This document shows, one piece after another, positions 38,501-46,675 of a stretch of 64,000 bases of DNA (its first letter is position 1; each line of letters opens with the position of its first letter). The DNA is from Bugula neritina (lineage: Eukaryota; Animalia; Bryozoa): NCBI GenBank assembly GCA_964035545.1, contig OZ037767.1:16300581-16364580 (forward strand). Direction: 5' to 3'. A program made the position numbers and the translations under genes. A model generated the notes under the pieces. The model saw only the letters and a list, made by a program, of their open reading frames with translations, searched no databases and was not told the DNA's origin.

Positions 38501-41500
38501 CTTTTTGCTTGTAATCAGTTAGCCTAGGGCCACACGGCGGGTATTTTCGCATGCGAAAATTGAAATCACAAGTAGCAAAGGTGTCCACTGTGCGCGTTTA
38601 GAAAACCTTCGCACTTGTCGCTCTGCATTTTCAACGCAAGTGCGAATCGTCTCCGTCGCCGTCACCTAATTGGTTGGTAGTTATTCAGCGAGCCCAATTT
38701 CTTTATTTAGTGCTATATTCCAGTAAATTGCGTTTTATTGAAAGCGAGTGCGATTTAAAAATGAAAGCTTTATTTATCACGCATCACTGACGCTACAGTG
38801 GACACCTTTGCTACTTGTGATTTTATTTTTTGCATGCGAAAATACGCACAGTGTGGCCCTAGGCTTAAATTGGTTTCATTGAATATTTAAATAGGAGAAT
38901 AAAGAGAAGCCTCTAATAATTAGAAAAGTAGATAGAGTTTATTTATTAGAGAATTAAGTTTTGTTCTACTCTCACATTATGAGACATTTCTGCAGTGTTT
39001 CAGAGTTTATGATGTATAAGTGAGCTGCTAAACTGTGTTATGCTGACTACCTGCTGTCAGTATTAACAAAATATTCTCACTTAGACCTGTGCATCACGTA
39101 GCAACTTGTAGTAACTACAGAATGTTTGTATTTAAAATATCTTTTCATTTTTTGGTTTGAAAAGCTGTTCCCCACCTCCTCAGGTGATTAGATTCTCAAG
39201 TTATAGAATTGTTATTTTGTTGTTGCAGACAGTGAAAACAGTCTGGGACTGAAGCTGCTGCAGCCACCATCTTCTCTACAGTTTGATGGACTTCCTGTAC
39301 GTGGAGCGTGTTACACAGTAAACATCTCAGCTGATGGACATGTGTTGTGTCGGACAGGAGGAGGTATAGAAATAAGAAATAGAGACTCTCTGAATACTAT
39401 AATCAGCTCGGTGAAGGACACCGACACTACAAAGTGGTGGGAAATAATCCAACCTGAAGGGGTGATGGTTGGCAGCTGGCGTAACAGAGAGGAAGACACA
39501 GCTGAAGTTTCACTTCTTGATCCGAACTCCTTTGAAAAGTCTCGCTCTGTCTACAAGCTGTCGGTTATAGATGGACTCTTTCCTTACTGTAGAATAGCTC
39601 AGCACCTCTCACTGATCTATATTGTATACAGGAGTGAGAAACAGCTGGTAGTCTGTGATCTAGTTGACAATAAAATACAGAAGTTTCCTCTTCCTGAGAT
39701 GGAGTACCCTGACAGTGTATGCATCCTCCCAGACTCAACTCTCCTCATAGGAGACTACGCTGCAGATGGTAAAGTAAGAAGGTATAAAGTGGAGAACACA
39801 ACTCTCACTCTAATGTGGGAGTTTCCTCACACCTCACACCCAACTGGTATTTCCTTTGATCCAACATCTGAACTGATTCACATCTGTACACTGAGAGGAC
39901 CTCTCCTCATCCTCTCACTTGAAGGTAAATACTGTGTTTATTATAGTAAGTTTAGTTATTTTATATATAATTATGTTGCAGTAAATAATATATTTAAATA
40001 ATTAACAGTAAACAACTTCCACTCATAAGATATAATATTGTTAGTATATATCAAGTCAGTGATGTTATTTGTAGCTAAAAGTTATGTAATAAAGACTGTA
40101 ACATGCTGATAGTAGATGTTATATTCTTCATCACATGACTTGTAGCTAATAATATTAGTGAATAATACTGTCTCCCTACAATAAGTTTATTTCCAGCTGC
40201 AGTAACATGCAGGATGTAAGCACAGGTAGAAGTGTATATTATATTGTATAGGTTTAAGGTGTACTCTGTGTAGTGTGCAGTGAGCTCTTAGTAAACTTTC
40301 CATTCAGTCTTCCTTTCCAAGGGTCCACCTGGTAGTGCAGAGGATAGGGACTCCACACAGCTAAGTGAGTTGGTACAGCAAGGGGTTCAAACCCACCTAT
40401 TAGCATGTCTAGTTAGTATACTATGGAAGTGTTTTACAGTAATTTTAGAGGTGCTCAGTCTAACAAATGTACAGACTGCCAGCTACACTTGAGTTGAGTT
40501 GTAGTTTGACTTCAGTCTATAGCCCGGTGGCAAGTGCCTCAAAAGGTGCTTAGTTTTTAAGTTTCGTAAAAAAAATGATGTAGATACCTGGAAACACACT
40601 TATCTGGGGTAAAATTTTATGCTGAAAAGCATGGCGGGGGTCTACCTTAACGTACCAGTGGCTTTCGGGGGTTAAAAAGCAATTTGAGCTCAGGCTATAA
40701 CTTCCATCTAACTTTCCCCATTTCGTAAGCTCTATTATACTGTTCATACAACCAGTACAAAGACCACTAAAAGGTATCTATATTATGTGAGACGAAGCTC
40801 AATTTAGTCACCGATTTATCCTAAAGATGGGTATTCAACCTCTTACCCCAACTACTTTCCAAGTATAGAGAACTTAGGCTTAATATGCTAGTATAATGCA
40901 ATATGTTCGACTATCCAGTAAGAAGTGATATAGAGCTGGTAACAATATTAGACATAATATGTGTTTATTGTAATAAGCTATGTATTCAAAAAGATTAAAC
41001 TATATAAATGAAGGCAACAGGAAGTAATTTGGTAAATGAGCTAAGGCTACAAAATGTGCCTCCTGAGTAGTTAGCGGATTAGATGCATGAAATACAAGAA
41101 ATATAATAGTGACTAAGTTTCTCAAATTTAAAACAGATTGACAGCTAACTTGCAGCCATGCACTAGTTTCCAATAAGTTAGGAACTTAGTCTATCAATAT
41201 GACTTCATGCTAGGTGTAGCATTCTGCAAACATGAGGTTAATGACACTTAAAACTACTGAAATATTCATGAACAAAATTGTAACCTTAAAAGTCAAATGC
41301 TTTATAAATTCCATGGAATACAATCATGCTGAAAAACACTCATCTGGATTGTCATCATCATCCAAATCTTCATCAGAAGAAAGATTTTCAACCATTTTGT
41401 TCTCACAATTAAGGCAACTGCACAGTGCTGTACATCGCAATTTATCTTGTACACACAAACATTTTCCACCTTTACAGTTGGTCTTTTTTCAAGAACATTT

Positions 41501-44500
41501 CCTTGTTTTTAAGATGTCACTGGGTGCATGAGGCTCACTCAGCCATGCTATCTCAAGTTGTTCATCCACAATCTTCCATCCTTGATTATCAGGACTTGGA
41601 CAGTTCATGATGGGCATGAGAGCAGAGCGCCACACTTTAGTCTGGTAGTTTGCCCATTTACAATGCAGAGTGAGTGCATCATAATTAGGTGGCAAGGATC
41701 TGTCTGTCGCACTACCAGTTCTAAAAAGTTCGTATCTAGCATCATTGACCGAGCTTACTGCACTGTTGTAGATCTTGCAAACTAGGTTTTCAATGCCTTC
41801 TGGCACAACTGACAACTGAAAGTGTTGCCCGAAACCTGATAAGGCTTTGAGATGATTCTGGTTGCTCAGTGCTGTGATGGCAATTGACTTTTTGCCCTTT
41901 CCATAAAAGCTGGAAGTAGTGTCGCACCCACTGAATGCGTGTATAGGGCCGGTAAATTTCTAGACTTCTCATCTCCTAACTAATCAGCAATTTCAGAGAG
42001 GCACACAAGTCTTTGATTTTTCCCTGAACCAGTAGCAAAAAAAACCTGTGCTGGAATCGCACTACAATGTGAAATGCCAATAACAGCTACATCAGTGTCT
42101 GGAGACCATATTATTACATTTTCATGATGTTGACTAGCTATTTTTGCATGTAAGACCAACCTTGTATCTGCTTCCTCATGATCACTCCGCATCTCTGGGC
42201 AATCGGTAGTCTGTGGCAGTTGATCGGGATTGAACAACAGCCTAAATACATCTGTTGTTAACGCAACATAGAGAGCGACTGATGTAGAATGAGTTACAAG
42301 TTTAAGATGGTCGGCGATAAAACATTGTAGAGCTTGCTTGTTTTTTCTAGATGTTAAAAACTTCTTCCACTGAGATGGCCTACGCTGATCACTGCCATAG
42401 ATCTTGACTTCCTGCACAGACTGACACCGTCTAGTTCTCTCACCTTCTTTAATACTTATTCTGTGATAGCAATCCCCAACTATATCTACGCGGGTAGCTC
42501 TGAACTGTGAGGCTATCTGCAAAATGCGGTTTAGAAGAGCCAGTGCAAGCTCACCATATGTGGATGGTAGTTTTGATAATGAAAAGCTTTGAACTAGTGC
42601 CATGAAGTCTATCATAATGGCAGAAGATGATGGTTTACAACTAGCTATGCAAGATGGAGTCGTTTCTTCGAGATATTTTAGCAAAACCGATTTAACAGTC
42701 TTGCAGAGTCCGGTGCCATTTGCATTAGATAGACTTCCCGGAACTTCTGAAAGAGAATAGCGGAGTATCTCTTTTAAGTTGATGTCACGCTCTTTTGCTA
42801 CAAGAAGAAGTTTGATGAAAAGAGACCGGTCTGACTTCAGAGATGTAATATTGCTGGTTGTGGAACTTTTACTTCTAGTTTTAGATTTGCAAGAAGCAAA
42901 AGTTTGCAATTTAGCTTTTTTAATGGTGGCAAAAAAGTCCTCTTCCTGTTTGCAAACACGTCTGTCTAGAAACTCTTGCAGTTCTGCAAACTCGCCATCA
43001 GCTACAATCCCAGAACTTAAGGAGACCAGTTCCGTGTGTGTACAGCTGAAAGGGTCAATTCTGGAAGATATGGCCTCCAATAGCAAGTTTACGGCTCGGA
43101 TAATTGTTTATGTATGTGTTTTTCAAGTTCTGCTAAGCCCATATCACATTTGGTAACCAAGTCACTAGCATTCTTTCGTAAACTGGAGTGGAACTTTAGC
43201 TGACCCCTATAATCTCTTTGTAGTCTGTACTTGAGCCAATTTGTGCTATGCTGAGTATGATCTAGTGGGCTGAGTGTCTCATACAGTTTTAAAAGTTGGG
43301 TTAGAGAGAGCTTTTCATTTGATGTGATTATCCTTCTTTCAATAACTTCTTCGCAGAACTTTTTCCAATATGGGTCTTCTGTATACTCTTTGTTGATTGA
43401 TTGAATCATATTCTTATATGACAAAACATATCCTGAGCGACAGGAATTGTGATACTTTACTTCCAAAGCAACGCAATCTTGATTTCCAAGCAGTGTTATC
43501 AGTCTATTATCCTCCATCCCCTTAGCAGCCTCCAATAGCTTGCCACATGAAATGGTCTCAGCAGAGTGAAGTGGTTCATTGCGTCCATGCTTTTGCCTTT
43601 TACGATGCTTCTCACAGATGATACAGACTTGTGGTAGGACATTTGATGTCATTTTGAGATTAGCTTTAGACCTTGTATATTTCACAGCAGGCTCATCATC
43701 ACCTCTACTCTGTGATTCTTCCTCTGATACATGGAGTACCTAGTAAAGTACCATATGAATGTAAAGTGTTATACAATGTCAGCCATGTTTATTTTATTAA
43801 ACAAAAAAAATTATTTTAAAATTGTATTTGCATTGATTATATTCAATTAGTAATTAATATAAATATTATTATTATAATATAATTATACTGTTTATCATCA
43901 CAATGATTATAATACTAACTATACTATAATAATTATATTGATGCTAGGTTAAAAGTTTTTATATGGCAAAATTGTATATAAAATATTAAAATCAAAAATA
44001 ACACAGGTTATAATAATAATAAAACATTAGGATAATTTAATACATAAATATTAATATCTATTATATTTTATTCATTTATCAATATAATTAATAATTCAAT
44101 ATATGATATTTATTTCATAATAATAATATAACTGCATGTATGTATTAATTCTAATTTATTGTTATAAGTTGAATAAAAATATATTTAAAATTAAAAATAA
44201 TCTTACTAAATTGCTAAATACCACACACCTTTCTCTTAGAAGACATAGCCCTTTCTAGCTAGCTTTTAGCACACAATCTAGCATAGCATTGTGCATGGTA
44301 ATATCTATGACTTTGACTAGTATCACATTTTGATTTTTGACCTTCTGGATCTAGACCTAGTTCATCAGACAAAAACTTGTTGGCAATAGCACACTCAGGC
44401 TGTTTTAGAGTTTGTAGCCAAGAGTTGGCAATTGTTTTTGTTTTTTCTAACTTTTCTCCTTCCAATATCAGCAGTGTTTCATTTGCAATTTGTTTGTAAT

Positions 44501-45432
44501 GAATAGCACATTCCATGATCAGCTAAAATCTGTTCATGCTTACAAACAGGAAGTGAAAAATATGGATGAATATTTGAACAGTTGTATTTAGTCTGAGTAA
44601 TCAAAATAAATTAAGGGGGTCTATGTTAGCGTCCCGCTTATATTCTCTTCTAAGGATCAGAACCTCGACTATTTTTTTAAATTGAGAGCATAACTCCTAA
44701 TACTTTGCTTTAAGAATTTCGGCTTTTAATTCTAAAAATTAAGGGTGAAAGCCACAACTAGGTTAAGGTACAGTATTTTTTTTTCATGTTCAGCATATTT
44801 CAATTGACCAAAAAAGTGTTTCAGAAAGTATCTACATGAAATTTTTTACGAACTTGAAAGATAAACCTCAGTTGCCACCAGACTACTAGTGCTGCAATTG
44901 TTTTGGTTATCAGATAGTTTAAAGATAAATAGTTTGATACTTTTGACTACCATGCATGATTACTGAGAGTATTGTAATTTGATGATGGCTGGTAGAGCAG
45001 TGTTTGCTGGTGGGACTCAGGTGGCTGTGGTTGGTTCTTGTCAAGTATTTAATATGCGATGATGTTGGAATAGCTGCAGTAGTATTAGAAGTAGTCATGT
45101 TGGTGTGTTCTTGCCAAAAGCCACAGGCTAAGTTTGTGGGTCAAGGTCAATACATTAGTATAATGAAACACTGTTTGCTGCTCTGTTTGAATATTTACTT
45201 CGTGCATATAACCTGCTTAGTTCCATCTTTAAAGGAAGTCTGTCTGTTTTTCTCAATGCACACCAATTGCTACAATATGATGCTATTATTTACAGGTCAA
45301 CTGGTGCTCACAGTTCCCAGAGAAAGTCTTGGTGTGAGTGGCTGGGTGTGGGACATTGCTGTGTATAGCAGAGACACAGTGTTTCTAGCATGTGAATCTG
45401 ATGGTCTAAGGAGATACACAATAAAATACTAA
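20539..45432 (+). CDS. TRIM-like E3 ligase (RING, B-box1, B-box2, coiled coil, NHL-like beta-propeller); exons 20539-20720, 21325-21505, 36082-36271, 37545-37750, 38181-38460, 39229-39924, 45296-45432
   Basis: C3HC4 RING (CGYC..LPCLHVYCMRC..CAYC); B-box1 spliced across the Polinton (CDVC..FCVDSQKRLCQQHQE|THREL); B-box2 (CEHH..CSNC..CMRC); propeller repeats (YPDSVCI, HPTGISFD). All junctions are GT-AG and in phase. Confidence 0.88.
21519..21762 (+). repeat. Left terminal inverted repeat (244 bp)
   Basis: Reverse complement of 35648-35891; I count 2 mismatches by eye. Confidence 0.96.
22112..22150. terminator. Perfect 15-bp AT stem, 9-nt loop, just downstream of the fibre gene stop
   Basis: TAATAAATTATTATA-cgctaagaa-TATAATAATTTATTA. 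The terminator role is inferred. Confidence 0.5.
22158..23054 (-). CDS. Putative virion fibre/spike protein with about six 40-aa repeats
   Basis: GTLDMGENKISRVIDPADDQDAATKKYVD resembles tail-fibre/trimeric-adhesin neck motifs, followed by tandem 40-aa units. Confidence 0.7.
   Translation of the reverse strand: MSVYKFGGSGKTEINTKKFVLINGSSTLTGTLDMGENKISRVIDPADDQDAATKKYVDDTSMPKIQNPINQLTISTNDGRVIDSDLKVDDVITKTNVSNYAIPLIQNPINQLTISTDDGRVIDSNLKVDDVVTKTNISNYAVPLIQDPTEKLTVSTNTGNIIDSSLSVSDVITTSNINNFAINKIQPANEKLTVSTTSGNVIDSSLSVSDVITTSNINNFAIPKPQLSTGSKLLIFSSDGNIIETGISIADIITTYNIDNYAIPKLQGATGNKLVISTSDGGITESTESLPTFSSYNV
23058..23816 (-). CDS. A32/FtsK-like genome packaging ATPase
   Basis: Walker A GKSGCGKT, Walker B IIFDD, RGRH arginine motif, LSQ motif. 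Confidence 0.95.
   Translation of the reverse strand: MEIENLSWKNEINRNNNPLLPKSIRGLIVGKSGCGKTTLLCNLLLQPNWLDYDKLMIYGKSLSQPEYINMRKAFERKLTKEEILNFFKNSDAIINSGINVTRVLKNSRGNGNINAEFIESSDDVYDPSELDANNKNLIIFDDLMLEKQKTCESYYVRGRHNNVDCFYLSQNYFKLPRNTIRENANFICLFPQDGKNLNHIYQDHINGDLTLNEFKNFCYKGWQKPHGFITLDLSSSKNNGRYRHGLDEFYIP
23814..23831. promoter_or_regulatory. Perfect 18-bp palindrome CATTTATTATAATAAATG containing both divergent start codons
   Basis: Read directly; TAAATG is present on both strands. Confidence 0.7.
23829..25193 (+). CDS. Zn-ribbon + parvovirus-type PLA2 + retroviral-like integrase + chromodomain fusion (454 codons), interrupted by one in-frame TGA at 24753-24755
   Basis: CxxC..CxxC; GHNFLGPGT and HDVCY (PLA2); WAADLVD, WVDKGKEF, VVERWNRT (DDE triad). 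Frame continues VK*YNETKHSSIGMTP to LVKWLGYPDSQNSWV (chromodomain). Confidence 0.93.
25193..25297. repeat. Intergenic array of 9 GACAC(AAA) motifs
   Basis: GACAC at 25196, 25215, 25227, 25234, 25246, 25258, 25265, 25277 and 25289. Confidence 0.9.
25311..26117 (+). CDS. Polinton-associated protein of unknown function
   Basis: Intact 268-aa ORF. C-terminal DPNALIERLELL..SAKAGN...NEIVSILDEL motif, which I recognise from Polinton ORFs, follows a VGDG possible cleavage site. Confidence 0.75.
   Translation: MSYLKIHDPIKRDKIVQDFISQKNKLKENFKRERERELNAAIAQEKYFEPVTTSQAQTTDALKQLLTLPNYNVQPAITDGVINLDEFTQNALAGLEPGAYNVKWDGNRHVIGTKPISFNDGKIIFENEEYPATRGLLSLLTRKTPIGYDDNDLANYANILDNSGAIYQSKHGPIDKNSDKWRRIVRPIWEQLYPQRAKLADSKKAKRQVGDGVVYLSSDPNALIERLELLISSAKAGNTGVRNEIVSILDELLRMKIITRDYYKSILV
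26121..26432 (+). CDS. Basic virion core protein, adenovirus pVI-like layout
   Basis: YAGG|G followed by amphipathic GIFDTIRNVVTKIA; KKRR patch; C-terminal LEGS|G; lies directly before the major capsid gene. Confidence 0.6.
   Translation: MYVYDKRQRLQKHYAGGGIFDTIRNVVTKIASNSSVRELGKKAIAKAGTAAGEKIVNAIKKRRQKKLNAKSQAILQKLSLAKDVLNNNNISNILEGSGQAIAY
26454..27728 (+). CDS. Double jelly-roll major capsid protein
   Basis: 424-aa beta-rich ORF with YEP..G.NLN..GEIRI.I, PKYIIVGFQT, LNSERYP and LFVIDVSKQ motifs typical of Polinton MCP. Confidence 0.9.
   Translation: MDSLNITQKIVLDTSVERDQVHEYEPVTGTNLNYPGEIRIVINQQDLYVQPSKSYLIIEGRLTKNDGTAYADADLVTLINNGMAYLFKSIRYQLDGHDLEYINNPGHASTMMGLLTYPDDYGKSRGLNQLWSKDTTAAAAAANLGFNARQIYIIQKPDPKGTFSIKVDLRHLFGFADDYEKVLYGIKHQLTLVRDTNDNAIFRANGVDAGKITLDKVSWWMPHVTPSFEMKHKLYKIIESKAQLPLIYRSRWCDSIAVPQTTNFTWRLGSRGDTEKPKYIIVGFQTDKAESQTTNPAVFDHINVKSIYAMLNSERYPEVDYDIDFAKMKFSRVYGDVSKFCGEYYGINELIAYSNVLPSEYKDLYALFVIDVSKQSEALKSSVADIQLRVQFSQNVPANTQAYALILSDKTMSLGSDGNNLKVI
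27729..28487 (+). CDS. Minor capsid (penton) protein
   Basis: LNPPIEL..YEMCL, LP.G.Y, LGF, IYLPV, DQKGNLLDL.GE.LSIRFHLR motifs; follows the MCP gene. Confidence 0.88.
   Translation: MENKLLREIADNTASKQTMTIGVTDTKTRIITQLNPPIELNKNKKYEMCLISLDTFYSFPNISTDRNSYRWSKDGGTTWHLVSLPVGVYELDQLEEAIQDEIVKEGGNRNGITLQANKVTFRIILKLKPNYRVDFNVENSLRDVLGFDAAIYDQPYIEATNIVNILNINAIHVQVDCINGSYIDGTYKPVIYSFFPSVSPGYKIIEKPHNLIYLPVHVKYIKTLTVTVTDQKGNLLDLSGEQLSIRFHLREV
28500..29069 (+). CDS. Protease-processed core protein with an adenovirus pX-like hydrophobic segment
   Basis: MSGG|FLGALLGIATRVIP, plus IKGK|G, MKGN|G and IKGE|G matching the adenain consensus. Confidence 0.65.
   Translation: MGYCEIIGNVPQAQKQKIMNAYRSGKGCVIKLPLESGNDKLVVTKTQNDNILKALNVNKKNITLEMSPSLVKTNASMSGGFLGALLGIATRVIPTLLKTIIPGVLSGAASAGVERAIKGKGLYLKKGGCVCSVEPNSNGSITLKPVASSNLMKGNGLYLKQGSSYIKGEGLILGPNSPFKNIPLLGMLL
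29089..29481 (+). CDS. Hypothetical protein with repeated IYK motifs
   Basis: Intact 130-aa ORF with a TAAATG start. Confidence 0.65.
   Translation: MSTVIIYKSLDGTPITETIYKTSEYEKRMYESGDLKEIIIYKNFNILNEMTNPSNERGLFEERVYTNKREIIYKEDDGKIKIKTIYKTKEIIQELNVGLMNYAAARIPSFFTKLKYAEDEIEKRRNDALH
29555..29583. terminator. Perfect 13-bp stem, 3-nt loop, between convergent genes
   Basis: TTAATTAATTATA-ata-TATAATTAATTAA, overlapping the stop codon of 29580-30056. The terminator role is inferred. Confidence 0.5.
29580..30056 (-). CDS. Two-transmembrane-helix protein with flanking coiled coils
   Basis: Two hydrophobic stretches (IISGLCG...ITALL; LLPLSIIVSIMSVITTSI); TAAATG start. Confidence 0.7.
   Translation of the reverse strand: MDFRREKLELLNDEIIKLENEYEQKLNRFNWLSKSLKIISGLCGTTNLICGVIITALLNANVTKQTLLPLSIIVSIMSVITTSISSQDTKLIKSTLMYLDIYTFIKDSKLEINSMLSKFLSDSHIDEQEYDAITEKYKNINNVISDKKSDIIVARNVC
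30069..30326 (+). CDS. Small hypothetical protein (start at 30069 or 30099)
   Basis: Open frame in a gene-dense element, followed by a hairpin. Confidence 0.5.
   Translation: MIFIILLFYNMDLTVELLDKLIAEAEQKKYTPLLEYLYIPVINNISLKEINFRTRKQIPNINKYFYIKSILKREAYKRKEENKDV
30348..30378. terminator. Perfect 13-bp stem, 5-nt loop
   Basis: TATTATTACTTAT-tttac-ATAAGTAATAATA, 22 bp after the stop at 30326. The terminator role is inferred. Confidence 0.55.
30418..34068 (+). CDS. Protein-primed family B DNA polymerase (pPolB)
   Basis: Exonuclease YADFE and HNLSGYD; polymerase YLDANNLYGWAM, KLMNNSVFGK, TDTDS. Also N-terminal HEH-like helix pair, DDKCF..NHY, C2H2-like finger and an EndoVII-like insert. Confidence 0.97.
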   Translation: MEFNTKITVKALKALAKERGLKRYSRLKKAELIRLLSPMDEPVPNIGQAPLIPTPVKKIMREIFTQTTRNIKKWVVKPIIKIINPIKDKIMALYNQPKLKEQAANGWFQTYEIKGLPGYDINSFCKLVKLNVLKLLKPTIKVKIFIYCEMKKHNISTGEIIIETMPFTSNVEIILASTNINEIYDEIIERIKENFASLNAKGSSWTFKAIKKMEININKYQPLNGSSWIDLPKEIKLKKAVINPKNKDDKCFMWAILMGVYPVNKNVERISNYKEHVNKLLWEGVEFPATKESIDAFEKVNPSIGINVFMWDSKTINLWRKTSSQNKIINLLYITDGKKNHYTYIKNLNKLLGSQINKRVSAKHICVNCMNSFRSNESLKKHQDWCLRNDSVTTTFPKLEDKIKFQSSHYCRGMRVPFVVYADFECFTKPIQGCNPNFKESYTNQYQQHEPSGFGYYIVSVTGECNYRSYTKETEDEDIGEQFIRLLEFDIKNIYKKHKFAKTMQIRTDEQKSFELAKICYICEKELGDDKVRDHCHLTGNYRGAAHKNCNLNYKIPKFYPIFIHNLSGYDAHLFIKNLGGEPSCIPNTEEKYISFSKKLLVDEFTNKEGEKIKVTREIRFLDSYKFMSSSLASLVANLKRDDFKYLGEYYKKKQLNLVLRKGVFPYDYFNNLSVLNETSLPPKEKFYSSLTEQNISEEDYIRAQKVWREFNMRTFKEYHDLYMKVDVLHLADVFENFRNVCLKYYKLDPAWYYTAPGLSWDAMLKTTKLELDPITDVDQLLFFEKAIRGGVSMISHRYAKANNKYMKNYNASEPSSYITYLDANNLYGWAMSKNLPVGNFKWMTEKRCKNLEKSLNFPPSFLEVDLEYSKKLHDSHKDYPFCPERLTINKVEKLVPNLNNKKNYIIHYEALKQCLMYGLKLTKIHRGITFNESNKLKKYIKLNTELRTLARSDFEKDFFKLMNNSVFGKTMEDIRNRVNVKLVTSESEAKKFTNQPNFKSFTIFSENLIAVHMNVTKLKFNKPVYLGAAILDISKTLMYDFHYEYIKPKYGNKAQLLFTDTDSLMYHIKTENFYKDILPDIKNKFDTSNYPNNHSLPTGVNKKVIGMFKDEAGGKQITEFVGLRAKLYSYKMDDIEEKKCKGINKTTRDNRITFDDYKKCLLTRQNQLRTMNVLRSHKHTMYAETINKVALSAEDDKRIILEDGITTVPYGYIND
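34061..34474 (+). CDS. Adenain-like cysteine maturation protease
   Basis: GTHWVA (His), YFDSFG (Asp), Q..GTVICGHLC (Gln/Cys). Confidence 0.93.
   Translation: MIKIKNIKLPNKALSNIELEFTIKKLKIKNFRGVFSRNDLPDKPRKKECGILNLDNLMGNGTHWVAWYKNNNKKYYFDSFGLHPPLEIMKYLKPPIFYNTERVQEFGTVICGHLCLYWLKEMSKHESPQLIINKLLI
34475..34993 (+). CDS. Hypothetical beta-rich protein, paralog A (possible spike head)
   Basis: 172 aa; aligns end to end with 34990-35510. Confidence 0.7.
   Translation: MTSVYIFGNSAKATIINEKPYITKIIIPSEFTYYSEGFAATLVKDFLVDEPIEITNILVQFYGEQAHNTKELYWTDKRIGLHVRNSAEIFGGANENTFYDISGGEHNLPFSEINANKIIEANKNFKLTMVLSKTYPSHKPSDVILTNTPASEITAAALPFHYVLLKLYYNYK
34990..35510 (+). pseudogene. Paralog B, split by a 1-bp deletion in a T run at 35164-35166
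   Basis: Adding one T restores QFYNESLPNNKTKELYWTNKKLGLHIR, colinear with QFYGEQAHNTKELYWTDKRIGLHVR of paralog A. Confidence 0.8.
35648..35891 (-). repeat. Right terminal inverted repeat (244 bp)
   Basis: Reverse complement of 21519-21762. Confidence 0.96.
38522..38864. mobile_element. MITE, PIF/Harbinger-like, 343 bp
   Basis: About 70-bp TIRs (GCCTAGGGCCACAC/GTGTGGCCCTAGGC) and TTA TSD at 38519-38521 and 38865-38867. Confidence 0.85.
40520..44885 (-). mobile_element. Academ (XPG-type) DNA transposon, 4,366 bp, internally deleted and pseudogenised, in the last TRIM intron
   Basis: TAG...CTA termini, imperfect TIRs of about 110 bp, CTA TSD (40517-40519 and 44886-44888). XPG/PIN-like motifs HEEADTR, DTDV, HAFSGCDT and a C-terminal Cys cluster. 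Stops at 44259, 41980 and 41489; intron at about 43741-44228. Confidence 0.85.
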
Positions 45433-46675
45433 ACTCATCAGCTACAGTTTACTAATAATTAGCTCAATGAGGTACTGAGAGATAAAATGGATAATATTTG
45501 TCATCAACATAATTATATTCATTACAATTCAATACACACACTAATGATAGTGTCAGGTATATTATATTGTGTGTTTCATTTACACTTTAATTATACTTCT
45601 GTATATTATTATATATTCAACAGAACTTGCACTGCTTATATGCATTATTATATGGTAATTGTCATGAGTTGTAGTTATTTAAGATATTTGACTGTATAAA
45701 ATATATGTTGCCATTTTACTATCTAATAAAGTTTATTTGTTAGTGAAAAGATATTTTGTTTTCATGCCTCATTAGCTTTAGTTCAGGTTGAGTTTGGTTA
45801 CTAAAAAATAATCTTTACTGGAGCAGTAACTGTAAATGACTCCTCTGTGGGAGAATGCATTCACTGAATTGACATGCAGGTGCAAGTAACTCAAACATGA
45901 CTGTAGGCAAATTTTTCCAAACATATATAAAATACATTTTATTGCTGTGTATACAACAGCATTGAGTAGCCAATCAAATTGCTTCTTGCCATGCATTCAG
46001 GAAGCTGATAAATAATATATAAGGCAATCAACTAGATATAAACACTTTGGTTCTCTACATATGAGCTGTCTGTGATGCAGTTGCTTTGTAAAATGTATTT
46101 CATTTGATAAGTTCAATTCAATTGGTTGCAGTTTAATTATGACATGTTCCCTATTCACCTGGTAGAAATACTGTTCATATCTGTACTAACACTATCAAAA
46201 ACAAGCATGAGGAATCCAAAGTTTTTACATAATATTTATTTACATGGTGGGAAAAGAAGTTTACATTTCAGCGCATCTGTTTCAGTAACATCTCAAGTAG
46301 ATATCAGCGTATTGACAGGCAAAGAAATCAAGTTGCTATGTTGACCATCAAACAAACCCCATACATAAGATAATGAGAGAACTCTCACATAGTGTCATAT
46401 AATAGTATATGATATAAATAATAAGCAATGCAATAATCGAGAAGGTAAAACAATATTTACAACAAGGTACAACAATTGGTAGGATGAAATATAGATTGTG
46501 ATGTATTATAAAGTGTATTAGCTACAGGCATTGATGTTAATAGGTCATATTATAGATACACTGCAATTTAATTTATTGGCTTTCTATCTTATTGATGGTT
46601 GAATGTTCTAGAAAACGTTATCTGCAGCAAATATATTACCATACAAGTTGAAGAAAGAATATCTGCAGCAAAATC

